Origin: an uncultured bacterium
Lineage (GTDB): Bacteria > Krumholzibacteriota > Krumholzibacteriia > LZORAL124-64-63
Direction: 5' to 3'
Length of the DNA stretch: 64,000 bases
Assembly (NCBI GenBank): GCA_965363725.1
Contig: CBDTUS010000001.1
Location: 2,460 to 66,459, forward strand
A program made the position numbers and the translations under genes. Shown here piece after piece: positions 20,419 through 30,298 of the stretch (positions within the stretch are counted from its first letter, which is position 1; the number at the start of each line of letters is the position of its first letter). Below the pieces are notes generated by a model. The model worked only from the letters and a program-made list of their open reading frames with translations, did no database searches and had not been told where the DNA came from.

Positions 20419-22026
20419 TTAGAGTGCGCCGCCTTCGTTCTGGTCCGGACGCATGTGGGGAAACAGCAGGACGTCGCGGATGTTGTTGGTGTCGACCAGC
20501 AGCATGATCAGTCGGTCAACGCCCAGACCCATGCCCCCCGTCGGCGGCATGCCTTGTTCCATGGCCTCCAGAAAAGCCTCGTCGATGGGCTGGGCTTCGT
20601 CGTCGCCGGCGTCCATCAGGGCCTTCTGGGCTTCGAAACGGCGGCGCTGCTCGCGCGGATCGTTCAGCTCGCTGAAACTGTTGGCCACCTCGAACCCGGC
20701 TATGAACAGTTCGAACCGCTCGACCAACCCTTCGGTTTCGCGATGATCCTTGGCCAAAGGCGAAAGTTCCTTCGGATGATCCATGACGAAGGTGGGGTTG
20801 ACCAGTTCCGGTTCGACCAGTTCGCTGAACATCTCGTCCAGGATCTTGTCGCGTCCCATGCCCTTCTTGATCTCGACGCCGTACCCCTTGGCCAGGCGGG
20901 TCAGTTCCGCGGTGTCCACCTGCATCAGGTCCTGGCCCGTCTTGGCCGCCAGCGCGTCCATGAACCCTACCCTCGCGAACGGCTGGTTGAAGTCCATCTC
21001 CTGTTCGCAGTAGGTCAGCTTGCCTTCCTGCCCGAAGCGCAACGCCAGGCGTCGCAACATGCGCTCGGTGAGGTCCATCATGTCGTGGTAGTCCCAGTAG
21101 GCCGCGTAACATTCCAGCATGGTAAACTCGGGATTGTGCGTCCGGTCCATGCCTTCGTTGCGGAAATCCTTGGCGATCTCGTAGACCTTTTCCAGCCCGC
21201 CGACGATGAGCCGCTTCAGGTAGAGCTCGTCGGCGATGCGCATGTACAGGGTCATGTCCAGCGCGTTGTGATGGGTGGTGAAGGGACGCGCGGTGGCCCC
21301 GCCGTACAGGGGCTGCAGCACCGGGGTCTCCACCTCGAGGAACTCCTCCTCGGCGAAAAAGGCCCGGATGTCGGTGATGATCTCGCTACGCGTCTTGAAC
21401 CGCTCCCGACTATCGAGATTCATCGCCAGGTCCAGATGCCGGCGGCGGCTTTTGTGCTCCAGGCTCATGTCGTGGTACTTCTCCGGCAGAGGCCGGATGG
21501 CCTTGGCCAGAAAGGTGAAGTCCTCGACCTTGATGCTCAACTCGTCCGTGCGGGTCCGGAACAGGGTCCCTTCCACACCGACCCAGTCGCCGATGTCGAT
21601 CAGCTTCTGGATCCGGTGAAAATTTTCCTCGCCCAGATCGTCTTTGCGGAAATAGGCCTGGATCAGGCCCCACTCATCCTGGATGGGCACGAACAGGGTC
21701 TTGCCCGTCCCCCGCTTGGCCATGATGCGCCCGGGAAAGCGGACCTTGGTTTCTGCCGCGGTCAGGGTCTCTTCCTGCTGCCGCAGTTCGGTGCTGACAT
21801 GGGTCCGGTCGTAGGCGTAGGGATAGAGGGGCACCTGTTCGCCCAGTTCGGCCATCTTGGCCAGGCGGGTTTCGATCAGGTGGTGGGTGCTTTCCTGTTC
21901 CGAAGCACCATCACCGGCCGGTTCCTGGTTGGGCTGATTCGTCAAGTTCTTCTCCTGTGCGCTTCCGGCGATTGACTCCGCCGGGCGGTCATCGCGACTG
22001 GGATCCGGCCCAGCGCAGATAGGCAT
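20419..22026 (-). CDS. lysS: Lysine--tRNA ligase (class II).
   Basis: It has an OB-fold anticodon-binding region and class II motifs 1-3 (FRNEG, GGMGLGVDRL). Confidence 0.9.
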   Translation of the reverse strand: MPICAGPDPSRDDRPAESIAGSAQEKNLTNQPNQEPAGDGASEQESTHHLIETRLAKMAELGEQVPLYPYAYDRTHVSTELRQQEETLTAAETKVRFPGRIMAKRGTGKTLFVPIQDEWGLIQAYFRKDDLGEENFHRIQKLIDIGDWVGVEGTLFRTRTDELSIKVEDFTFLAKAIRPLPEKYHDMSLEHKSRRRHLDLAMNLDSRERFKTRSEIITDIRAFFAEEEFLEVETPVLQPLYGGATARPFTTHHNALDMTLYMRIADELYLKRLIVGGLEKVYEIAKDFRNEGMDRTHNPEFTMLECYAAYWDYHDMMDLTERMLRRLALRFGQEGKLTYCEQEMDFNQPFARVGFMDALAAKTGQDLMQVDTAELTRLAKGYGVEIKKGMGRDKILDEMFSELVEPELVNPTFVMDHPKELSPLAKDHRETEGLVERFELFIAGFEVANSFSELNDPREQRRRFEAQKALMDAGDDEAQPIDEAFLEAMEQGMPPTGGMGLGVDRLIMLLVDTNNIRDVLLFPHMRPDQNEGGAL

Positions 22027-23093
22027 CGATGAATCCGTCGAGATCGCCGTCGAGCACGGCGTTCGAGTTTCCGGTTTCGTGGTCGGTCCGGTGGTCCTTG
22101 ACCTTGGTGTAGGGCTGTAGAACGTAGGAACGGATCTGGCTGCCCCAGGAGATCTCCATCTTCTCGGCCTCGATGGCGTCTCGTTCCTTCTGCCGCTCCT
22201 CCATGATCCTCATGTAGAGCTTGGCCCGCAGCATCGTCATGGCGCTTTCACGGTTGCGGTGCTGACTGCGTTCGCTCTGGCACTGCACCACGACGCCCGT
22301 GGGTTCGTGGGTGATCCTGATGGCGCTGTCGGTCTTGTTGACGTGCTGACCGCCCGCGCCCTGGGCACGGTAGGTGTCGATCCGCAGGTCCGCGGTGTCG
22401 ATCTCCACCTCAACGTCATCGTTGACCAGGGGAAAGACGAACACCGAAGCGAACGAGGTGTGACGCCGGCTCTGCGAATCGAAGGGGGAAATCCGGACCA
22501 GGCGGTGCACACCGGATTCGCTCTTCAGGTAACCGTAGGCAAAGGGGTGATTGATTTCCAGGATCGCACTCTTGATGCCCGCTTCGTCACCCGCCTGCAG
22601 GTCCAGGGTCTTGGTTTTCATCCCATGGCGCTCGAAGTATCGGGTGTACATGCGCAGCAGCATCTGCGCCCAATCCTGGCTTTCGGTTCCGCCGGCGCCG
22701 GGATGGATTTCCAGAACCGCTCCCCGCTCATCCTCCTCGCCGCTGAGCAGGAACTGGAAATCGAGCTTTTCCACCGCATCGTCGAGCTCGGCCAATCCCT
22801 CCGTCACTTCCTCGCGGGTGTCCTGGTCCTCTTCCTCCTGGACCATCTCGGCCATCAGCTTGAGATCTGCGGCCTGATCCGCTGCTTCGGTCAACGGCAC
22901 CACCCATTGCTTGAGCGACTGCACCTTGCGCAGGATGCGGTTGGCCTCCTCCTGATCGTTCCAGAAATCCGGATTCGACTGGAGGGCCTCCAGCCGGGTC
23001 AGTTCATCCTGCAGCTTGGCGTAGTCAAAGACCCTCCTTGAGGGAATCCAACCGCTGCAAGGCCGTGTCGATACGTTCTAGAATTTCCTTCAC
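21989..23093 (-). CDS. prfB: Peptide chain release factor 2, made by a programmed +1 frameshift.
   Basis: A GTG at 23093 opens a short frame encoding VKEILERIDTALQRLDSLKEGL, which ends at CTT TGA C. The +1 frame then continues DYAKLQDELTRLEAL... into the body carrying the SPF and GGQ motifs. Confidence 0.85.
23018..23037 (-). other. prfB: RF2 programmed +1 frameshift site.
   Basis: The minus strand reads GGAGGG TCT TTG AC: an internal SD-like GGAGGG lies 3 nt upstream of CTT-TGA-C. Confidence 0.8.
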
Positions 23094-23749
23094 GAGTCCT
23101 TCGCTCCTTCGGGCGGAATCCGCTTTTCCACCCCTGAATTTTTCGTACCCGGGCAGATTTCATCCTCAAGACGTTCCCACAGCAGGCCAGCCGCACGTTC
23201 CAGGTCGGCCGTCGATCCATCATTGGCCAGCACCAGATCCGCCTGGTCCCAGCCATCGGCCATCACCCGCTGGGCGTGGACCCGGGCGGTGGCCTGGGCC
23301 AGGTCCAGGACGCCGCCGTCGGTCAGCCGCCGGATCCGGATTTCTTCCGCAGCGGTCACCGTGACCACCAGATCGATGCCCGGAACCGGAGGCAACAGAA
23401 AATACACGGCCGCATCCAGCACGGCAAGACGGTATCGCCTGGTCGCCTCGATTTCATCCAGCCGCCGGCTCACCAGGCCGGTCAGCGATCCGTGGGTGAT
23501 CCGGTTCAGATTTTTCAGGGCGGATGGATCCTGGAAGACAATTTTTCCCAGGGCGGTCCGGTTCACCCTGCCGTTATCGACAACTTGGTCACCGAATTCC
23601 GTGGCAATCCTTTCGACGGTGTCCTCCCACTGGAGGATTTCGTGGCCGAGAGCATCCCCGTCCAGGACCGCGGCACCCCGGTCTGCCAATAGACTGCAAA
23701 GTGATGATTTGCCGGCCCCCGCAGGACCGGTGACCACCCAACGTTTCAT
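23090..23749 (-). CDS. coaE: Dephospho-CoA kinase.
   Basis: It has the VTGPAGAGKSS P-loop at the N-terminus. Its stop overlaps the prfB GTG as GTGA. Confidence 0.85.
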   Translation of the reverse strand: MKRWVVTGPAGAGKSSLCSLLADRGAAVLDGDALGHEILQWEDTVERIATEFGDQVVDNGRVNRTALGKIVFQDPSALKNLNRITHGSLTGLVSRRLDEIEATRRYRLAVLDAAVYFLLPPVPGIDLVVTVTAAEEIRIRRLTDGGVLDLAQATARVHAQRVMADGWDQADLVLANDGSTADLERAAGLLWERLEDEICPGTKNSGVEKRIPPEGAKDS

Positions 23750-26595
23750 CCGTGTGCCTCCGCCCAGTTGGCCCCCGTATGCATGTCCACCACCAAGGGA
23801 ACCTTGAGTTCGAACACGCTTTCCATCTCCCGGCGCACCATCTCCCGGAGATCCTCCAGACCCTCCTGCGGCACTTCGAACACGAGTTCATCATGCACCT
23901 GCAGTAGCATCAGGGCCCCGGTGGACGAGGCCTCCAGCTGTCCCTGGATCCGGATCATGGCCAGCTTGATCAGGTCCGCGGCGGCGCCCTGGATCGGGGT
24001 GTTGACCGCGACCCGTTCCTGGAAGGAACGGACCCGGTTGTTTGAGGAATCGATCTCCGGCAGAAGGCGACGCCTTCCCAGCAGCGTGGCCACCCATCCG
24101 TCGCGATGAGCCTGGTCCTTGGTACTGTCGATGAATTCACGCACGCCGGGATAGGTTTCGAAGTAGGTGCTGATGAACGCCGACGCCTCCTTGACCGACA
24201 CCTTGATCTGCCGGGCCAGGGCCCGAGCGCCCATCCCGTAGATGACCCCGAAGTTGATGGCCTTGGCCCGGCTTCGCATCTCGGCGGTCACGTTCTTTTC
24301 GGTGATGCCGGCGATCAGGGCGGCGGTGCGTCGGTGAACGTCCCCGCCCTCCCCAAAGGCCTCCAGCAGGCCCGGGTCGTCAGCCAGGTGGGCCAAAAGC
24401 CGCAGTTCGATCTGTGAATAGTCCGCCGACAGGAAGAGGTGGCCCTCCCGGCGAGGCACGAAGGCCCGCCGGATCTCACGCCCCAGTTCGGTACGCACGG
24501 GAATGTTCTGCAGGTTCGGGTCCGAACTGGACAAACGGCCGGTGGCGGCGACGGCCTGGTTGTAGGATGTGTGGATCAGGCCCGTCTCGGGGTTGGCCAG
24601 TTGCGGCAGAGTTTCCACGTAGGTGTTCTGGAGTTTGGCCACCTGCCGGTATTCCAGGATAAGGGCGGGAAGTTCGTGTTCGTCGGCCAGGGCCGTCAGG
24701 ACCGAGACATCCGTACTCCAGCCCGTGGAAGTCTTCTTGATGGGCTTGAGGCCCAATTTTTCGAACAGGATGACCGACAGCTGCTTCGGGCTCTGGATGT
24801 TGAAATCCTCGCCGGCCACCGTGATGATCTTTTTCTGCAGGCCTTCCATCTCCTTTTCGAACCGCGAGCGCAGACTGTCCAGAAAAGGGCGGTCGATCAT
24901 GATCCCGTTCCGCTCCATCTTGAGAAGGACTTCCGACACAGGAATTTCGACCTTCCAGAAAAGATCGGCCTGGCCCGTCTCCGTCAGCACCGGGTCGAGG
25001 GCTTCGTAGAGGCGCAGGGTGAGGTCCGCGTCTTCGGCGGCGTAGAGCGCCAGCCGGTCCTGGTCCACCGCGAGAATGTCCTTCAAGCGGTCGCCGGGCG
25101 CAAAGAGGTCGGCAAAGGGCATCATGCGATGATCCAGGAATTCCAGCACCAGATGGTCCAGACCGTGGCTGGTTCGGCCGGGGTCCAGGACATAGGAAGC
25201 CAGCATCGTGTCGAACCGTTTGCCTCCCAGGTCCAGTCCGTGCCGGCCTAGGACCCACTCGTCGAACTTGAAGTTCTGTCCCACCTTCAGGCAGTCAGAT
25301 GCCAGGACGGGCTGCAGCTTGTCCTGGACCGAGGCCAGGCGGCTGATTTCCCTGCCGGTGGGAAACAGGGTGTCGCCGGCTACCGTGGCCTCGTCCGCCT
25401 CGCGCCACAGGACCGGAATGTAGGCCGGCTCCAACCTCTGCCCTGCCCTGTCCCATCCTGCCAGGCAGACACCCACCAGCCGGCAGGTGTCGGTCCGCAG
25501 ACCGTCCGTTTCGGTGTCGACACCCAGGGGCGCCAGTGGATCCCTCCGGTCGAGCCAGGCATCGAGCTTGTCGTCGGTATCCAGCAGGACGTAACCCCGG
25601 TCCTGGCGGCGTTCCTGCCAGCCAGGATCGGCCTCCTTCTCCACGGCCTGGTCTGCGGAGGCTTTTTTCGCAGGTTGTTTGGGGGCCTTCGGAGCGGTCC
25701 CCTGACCCGAAGTGTCTCCGGCCAGACGGTCCACCTGGGCCAGCACCCGATTCAGGCCCAGGGTTTCGAGAAGCCCACGCACTTCTTCACCCGCAGGCAA
25801 AACCGTATCCATCGCCTGCCAGTTCGGCTCCAGGTCTAGATCCTGCCGAATCACGAACAATGCCCGCGACAGGAAAACCTGGTCCCGGTTTTCCCCCAGG
25901 ACCCGTTTGAGCCGGGGTGTCAGCTTGCTCTTTTCCAGATTCTCATAGAGGGATTCGAGGGGCCCGTATTCCTGAACCAACTTGCGGGCCGTCTTATCGC
26001 CCACCCCCGGAGCACCCGGAATATTGTCGGCGGAGTCCCCCGACAGGGCGAAGACCTGAATGAGGTCGCCGGGTTCCAGCTTGTATTCGCGGCGAACATC
26101 CTCGTCGGTCAGCTGCGTCGCTTCGTCGCCCCGCCGACCGGGTTTGAGCATGCTCGTGCGGTCGTCCAGCAGCTGCATGAAATCCTTGTCGCCCGAGTAC
26201 AACCAGACCTGGTCGCAGATCCCGGCCGATTTGCGGGCCACTGTCCCGATGACATCGTCGGCCTCCACGCCCTCCTGTTCCAAGACGGCAATCCCCCAGG
26301 CGTCCAACAGTTCACGAAGCCGAGGCAGCTGCTCGGCCATATCGCCGGGCATCGGTTTCCGGTGGGCCTTGTAATCCGGGTACATCTCATGGCGGAAATT
26401 CTTGCCCTTGACGTCGAAGACGATGGCCAGCTTTTCCGGCCGGTGCTTTTCGATCAGGCCGAGGATGGAATTGAAAAAACCGAAGGCCACCGAGGTGAGT
26501 TCGCCGTTGGGAGCAGTCAAGGGACGGTTGGCGAAGGCGTAGTAGGCCCGGTATACTAAGGCGGTACCATCGATCAGGATCAGGGACACGGGCAA
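23746..26595 (-). CDS. polA: DNA polymerase I.
   Basis: It has 5'-3' exonuclease, 3'-5' exonuclease and family A polymerase motifs (e.g. RRAAKAINFGVIYG, LQVHDELV). Confidence 0.95.
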   Translation of the reverse strand: MPVSLILIDGTALVYRAYYAFANRPLTAPNGELTSVAFGFFNSILGLIEKHRPEKLAIVFDVKGKNFRHEMYPDYKAHRKPMPGDMAEQLPRLRELLDAWGIAVLEQEGVEADDVIGTVARKSAGICDQVWLYSGDKDFMQLLDDRTSMLKPGRRGDEATQLTDEDVRREYKLEPGDLIQVFALSGDSADNIPGAPGVGDKTARKLVQEYGPLESLYENLEKSKLTPRLKRVLGENRDQVFLSRALFVIRQDLDLEPNWQAMDTVLPAGEEVRGLLETLGLNRVLAQVDRLAGDTSGQGTAPKAPKQPAKKASADQAVEKEADPGWQERRQDRGYVLLDTDDKLDAWLDRRDPLAPLGVDTETDGLRTDTCRLVGVCLAGWDRAGQRLEPAYIPVLWREADEATVAGDTLFPTGREISRLASVQDKLQPVLASDCLKVGQNFKFDEWVLGRHGLDLGGKRFDTMLASYVLDPGRTSHGLDHLVLEFLDHRMMPFADLFAPGDRLKDILAVDQDRLALYAAEDADLTLRLYEALDPVLTETGQADLFWKVEIPVSEVLLKMERNGIMIDRPFLDSLRSRFEKEMEGLQKKIITVAGEDFNIQSPKQLSVILFEKLGLKPIKKTSTGWSTDVSVLTALADEHELPALILEYRQVAKLQNTYVETLPQLANPETGLIHTSYNQAVAATGRLSSSDPNLQNIPVRTELGREIRRAFVPRREGHLFLSADYSQIELRLLAHLADDPGLLEAFGEGGDVHRRTAALIAGITEKNVTAEMRSRAKAINFGVIYGMGARALARQIKVSVKEASAFISTYFETYPGVREFIDSTKDQAHRDGWVATLLGRRRLLPEIDSSNNRVRSFQERVAVNTPIQGAAADLIKLAMIRIQGQLEASSTGALMLLQVHDELVFEVPQEGLEDLREMVRREMESVFELKVPLVVDMHTGANWAEAHG

Positions 26596-26652
26596 CGCCT
26601 TTCACTGGCCGACGCAAAGGGTACAGGGATCGCTTCCCGCGAAAGGCGGGAT

Positions 26653-27243
26653 TCACTTCATGTACAAACGGCGGGCGGCGATGTATTCCACCACCGCCTG
26701 GGGCAGCTGGTCCTCCGGCAGGATCCCCTTGGCCAATCTAGCACGGACGGTGGTCGATGACACGGGGTGGTCGAAATCGGTGACCGGGATGACCCGTTGC
26801 GGATCGAGCCCTGCACGTTCAATGGCCTCGAAGGTAGGCGCCCGCCCATCCCGGGGGTAGACCACGATATCGGCCAATTCCTGGATCCGCTCAGGTTCCC
26901 GCCAGCCGGAAAATCCCCCCAGATTGTCTTCCCCGATGACCAGGCGGATGCGGTCTTCAGGAAACTCCCGGACAAGTTCTTCCAGGGATTCCACCGTGTA
27001 GGACACCGAACCGCGGGCGATCTCCCGGTCGTCCACCCGAACCTGTTCCATGCCCGCGAAGGCCAGCCGGGCCATTTCCAGGCGGTCGGCCGGGACGGCA
27101 GAATTGGCGAACTTGTGGGGAGACCTCCAGGCGGGAACGATCAGCAGGAAATCGGCCAGGTCCTTGTCCAGCAGGTGGGCGGCCATGGCCAGGTGGCCCA
27201 GATGGACCGGATCGAAAGATCCGCCGAGCATCGCCCGCAGCAT
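26653..27243 (-). CDS. nadD: Nicotinate-nucleotide adenylyltransferase.
   Basis: It has the GGSFDPVHLGH nucleotidyltransferase motif. Confidence 0.85.
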   Translation of the reverse strand: MLRAMLGGSFDPVHLGHLAMAAHLLDKDLADFLLIVPAWRSPHKFANSAVPADRLEMARLAFAGMEQVRVDDREIARGSVSYTVESLEELVREFPEDRIRLVIGEDNLGGFSGWREPERIQELADIVVYPRDGRAPTFEAIERAGLDPQRVIPVTDFDHPVSSTTVRARLAKGILPEDQLPQAVVEYIAARRLYMK

Positions 27244-28028
27244 CAGTAGTCTTCCTCGTCTTCCTCGTCTTCGTTCAATGACCGCAGAGCCTTGTCCGCC
27301 CGGTTGGTATAGCCGCTGTCGGGATATTCGCTGATCAGGCGTTCGTACATCCGGGCGGCGGCGTCGGGGTCGTCCAGCTTCATGCCGGCCTGCGCCCGTT
27401 CCCACATGACATCGGGAATGTAGGAACTGCCGGATTCCTCCACCAGGACGTCGTCCAGAGTGATGGCCACGGCCTCATACCGACGCAGCTGCTTGTAGAT
27501 CTTGACCTGCTCCAGGCGCTTGCGAACCATCAGGTCAGATATCTCGACCATGTAGGCGGTGACCTCCGGCATGTGCTCGGAATTGGGGTATTCCTGACTG
27601 AACTTCAGGAAATGCAGACGCGCTTCATAGGCACCGGTGATGTCCCGTTCGATGCGGCCAACCTGTTCCAGGTAGGCCACGCCCTCCTGGAACAGGGCGT
27701 CTTCCACGCGATCGCTGATGGGGTAATCCTTGCGCAGGATCTGGAATTCCACCGCCGCCAGGGGATACTCGTTCATCGACATGTAGGTCATGCCCTTGAG
27801 GTACTGGGCCTCGGCCGCCAGACTGTCCGTCGGGTTGTTGCGGACAAAGGATTCCAGGGCGGCAACCGCTTCGATGTCCTTGCCCTGTTCGGCAAAAAAG
27901 ACACCGCGATCGTAGGAACCGACGGGGTGTGGATTGGGGGCCGCACAACCTGTCATCAGCGCTGCTGTGACCAACAGGCCGATGGCGGCGCACGCTCCGA
28001 TTACCTGACCCCGGGACATACCTGACAT
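27243..28028 (-). CDS. bamD: Outer membrane protein assembly factor BamD (TPR lipoprotein).
   Basis: It has a signal peptide with an LMTGC lipobox, TPR-like helices and an acidic C-terminal tail. Confidence 0.8.
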   Translation of the reverse strand: MSGMSRGQVIGACAAIGLLVTAALMTGCAAPNPHPVGSYDRGVFFAEQGKDIEAVAALESFVRNNPTDSLAAEAQYLKGMTYMSMNEYPLAAVEFQILRKDYPISDRVEDALFQEGVAYLEQVGRIERDITGAYEARLHFLKFSQEYPNSEHMPEVTAYMVEISDLMVRKRLEQVKIYKQLRRYEAVAITLDDVLVEESGSSYIPDVMWERAQAGMKLDDPDAAARMYERLISEYPDSGYTNRADKALRSLNEDEEDEEDY

Positions 28029-28070
28029 GAAATATCAAACCTTTCTGGAGGATCGGACCGGCGCTGGCGA

Positions 28071-28811
28071 TCAGTTTCCGGTATTGGCGAAATAGACAGC
28101 GATCAGGGCGACCAGAGTACCCAGAACGACGATCTCCTCGATCCGGTTCTGCCAGCCGCTGCCGGCTTTTTCGGCGGTCGTGAAATCGTAGAGTTCGGAT
28201 TCGACATCATCAAAATCTTTGTTGTCGACCCGGTCGCTGAAGCGCCGTTCCAGGATATCCTTGAACAGGAGCAGGCCGGAATCGGCTTCCGACACATCGA
28301 CCGAAGCGGTCACCGACACATCCCGCTCCACCCAGCGCTGCCAGATGCCCAGGGTCCGCCCCACTTCGGGGTAGGAAAGTTCCACACCGATGACCTTGAA
28401 GGCGAACAGGTAGTCCAGCGGCGGGGCCGGGACCGAGTCGGGGGCCGCCAGGTAGAGACTGTGTCCCAGATCGGTCAGAATCCGGGTGGCCACGCTGCCG
28501 AACAGGTCGTCGGAATCGGTCCCGCCTTCGTTGAGCAGCATCACCCGGGAGGGTCGGGGGGGCAGGGACCCCGCGGCCACCGAAACGATTTCGCCCATGA
28601 GGGCCTCGGTGAGCCAAAGGTTGGTGTGAACCGTATCGGCGGCGGCCGGGCTAGGGAACCCCCGGGGGCCGTCAGTTTCCGGGGCCAGGGCCGGAGCATC
28701 AGCCGCCGGGCCCTCCTCCTGGCAGACAGCGGGACAGGTGTACAGAAGGCCGAAAAAGACCATCCAGGCCACCATGAACAACGCCCTTGAAGATCCAGGT
28801 TTCCTGTCCAT
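28071..28811 (-). CDS. Hypothetical exported / membrane-anchored protein.
   Basis: It has an N-terminal signal-like hydrophobic segment and a C-terminal transmembrane helix. Its ATG overlaps the rimO stop. I recognise no domain. Confidence 0.5.
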   Translation of the reverse strand: MDRKPGSSRALFMVAWMVFFGLLYTCPAVCQEEGPAADAPALAPETDGPRGFPSPAAADTVHTNLWLTEALMGEIVSVAAGSLPPRPSRVMLLNEGGTDSDDLFGSVATRILTDLGHSLYLAAPDSVPAPPLDYLFAFKVIGVELSYPEVGRTLGIWQRWVERDVSVTASVDVSEADSGLLLFKDILERRFSDRVDNKDFDDVESELYDFTTAEKAGSGWQNRIEEIVVLGTLVALIAVYFANTGN

Positions 28812-30298
28812 CAATCCGAATTCCCTTTCTGGTCGGGCCGGCGCCTGGCCGCCCATACGTCATAGGGAGTGACAGCCCTGAACTCGGCTTCCACCCATTG
28901 GCCGCGATGCAGATCTTCCGCGGGCATCACCACGATCCCGTCCAGATCGTAGCCGAAATGATAACTCCGGCACAGGGCCAGGGAAACTCCCGATCCCAAT
29001 ACACCGGCGAATGATTCCCGTTCCGGATCCGTCGCCCAGGATCCGTCCATAAAGGACTCCAGGATGCTGCCTGTTTCTTCGGCCTGCCCGGTTCCCGGCT
29101 GGACGATCTCGTCCACCACCACGTCAAAAGCCCGGCCCAGCCGGGACTCCTGCCTCTGCAGCGAGATATCCGACTGCAGATCCATGATCAGGGCCTCGCG
29201 GTCGAGAATGACCTCGTCGGGAACCCGGTCCGGCAGGGTCGCCGAAGGGGTGCCCGGTTCCGGGGAAAAACGGTAGGTCCCCAGATGATCAAATGCCACC
29301 TCGGCCAGAAAATCAGCCAGGATGGAGACGTCCTCCTCCTCTTCCCCCGGGAAACCCAGCAGGGCCGTGGACCGCAGGACCAGGTCGGGCCGATCCTCCC
29401 GGAGGGCGCCGAAAAATTCGGGCGAGGCCTTGAACCCGCCGGGCCGGCGCATGGCCTTCAGGATCCGCGGCGAGGCGTGCTGGATGGGAATTTCCAGATA
29501 GGGCGCCACTTTCTCCAGCTCCAGGATCCGGCGCAGATCGTCGACCGAGACCATGCCCGCGTAGAGATAGAGCAACCGCATCCGGCGCAAACCGTTAACC
29601 TCGTTCAGGGCGCGGACGAGGTCTACCAGGTTCTGCCCGGTGTCCCGTCCGAAGTCGCTCGTGTTCTGGGAAACCAGCTGGATCTCGGTCACGCCGCGCT
29701 CGGTCAGACTCCGGACTTCGCCGACGATCTCGTCCACCGTACGACTGCGCTGCTTGCCGCGGATCAGGGGGATCCGGCAAAACGTGCAGCTGCAGTTGCA
29801 CCCCTCCCCGATCTTGACGAAGGCCACGTGGGGCGGTGTCAGCAGGGGCCGCCCCACCAGGCCGGTGTAGTTGACCACCATGGGGTCCTCGACGATGGGC
29901 GGTCCGGCCAGGGGAAAGACGGGCGACCCGGCCCCGGGCGGCGAACCGGTACCTGATTCCTCTCCCAGACAGGCGGCCACTACACGGTCGAACTGGCCCA
30001 CGCCGGCGACCACATCCACGCCGGGGAACCGGCTCTGGATGTCGTCCCCGTGTTCCTGCGACCAGCAACCGCAGACCACCAGCGTCCGGTCTTCCTTGTG
30101 GTCGATGAGATTCCGCAGGGTTTCTTCGCTGTCGCTGCGGGCGGCCTCGATGAATCCGCAACTGTTGAGCACCCAGATGTCCGCGGCGTCGGGATCGTCG
30201 ACAGGCTGAACTCCCTTGAGGGCGAACCGACCGAGCAAGGCTTCGGAATCCACCAGGTTCTTGTCGCAGCCGAGGGTGGCGCAGAAAACACGTTTCAT
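28811..30298 (-). CDS. rimO: Ribosomal protein S12 methylthiotransferase RimO (radical SAM / MTTase).
   Basis: It has an N-terminal MTTase domain (LGCDKN), the CxxxCxxC radical-SAM motif (CNCSCTFC) and a C-terminal TRAM-like region. Confidence 0.85.
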   Translation of the reverse strand: MKRVFCATLGCDKNLVDSEALLGRFALKGVQPVDDPDAADIWVLNSCGFIEAARSDSEETLRNLIDHKEDRTLVVCGCWSQEHGDDIQSRFPGVDVVAGVGQFDRVVAACLGEESGTGSPPGAGSPVFPLAGPPIVEDPMVVNYTGLVGRPLLTPPHVAFVKIGEGCNCSCTFCRIPLIRGKQRSRTVDEIVGEVRSLTERGVTEIQLVSQNTSDFGRDTGQNLVDLVRALNEVNGLRRMRLLYLYAGMVSVDDLRRILELEKVAPYLEIPIQHASPRILKAMRRPGGFKASPEFFGALREDRPDLVLRSTALLGFPGEEEEDVSILADFLAEVAFDHLGTYRFSPEPGTPSATLPDRVPDEVILDREALIMDLQSDISLQRQESRLGRAFDVVVDEIVQPGTGQAEETGSILESFMDGSWATDPERESFAGVLGSGVSLALCRSYHFGYDLDGIVVMPAEDLHRGQWVEAEFRAVTPYDVWAARRRPDQKGNSD

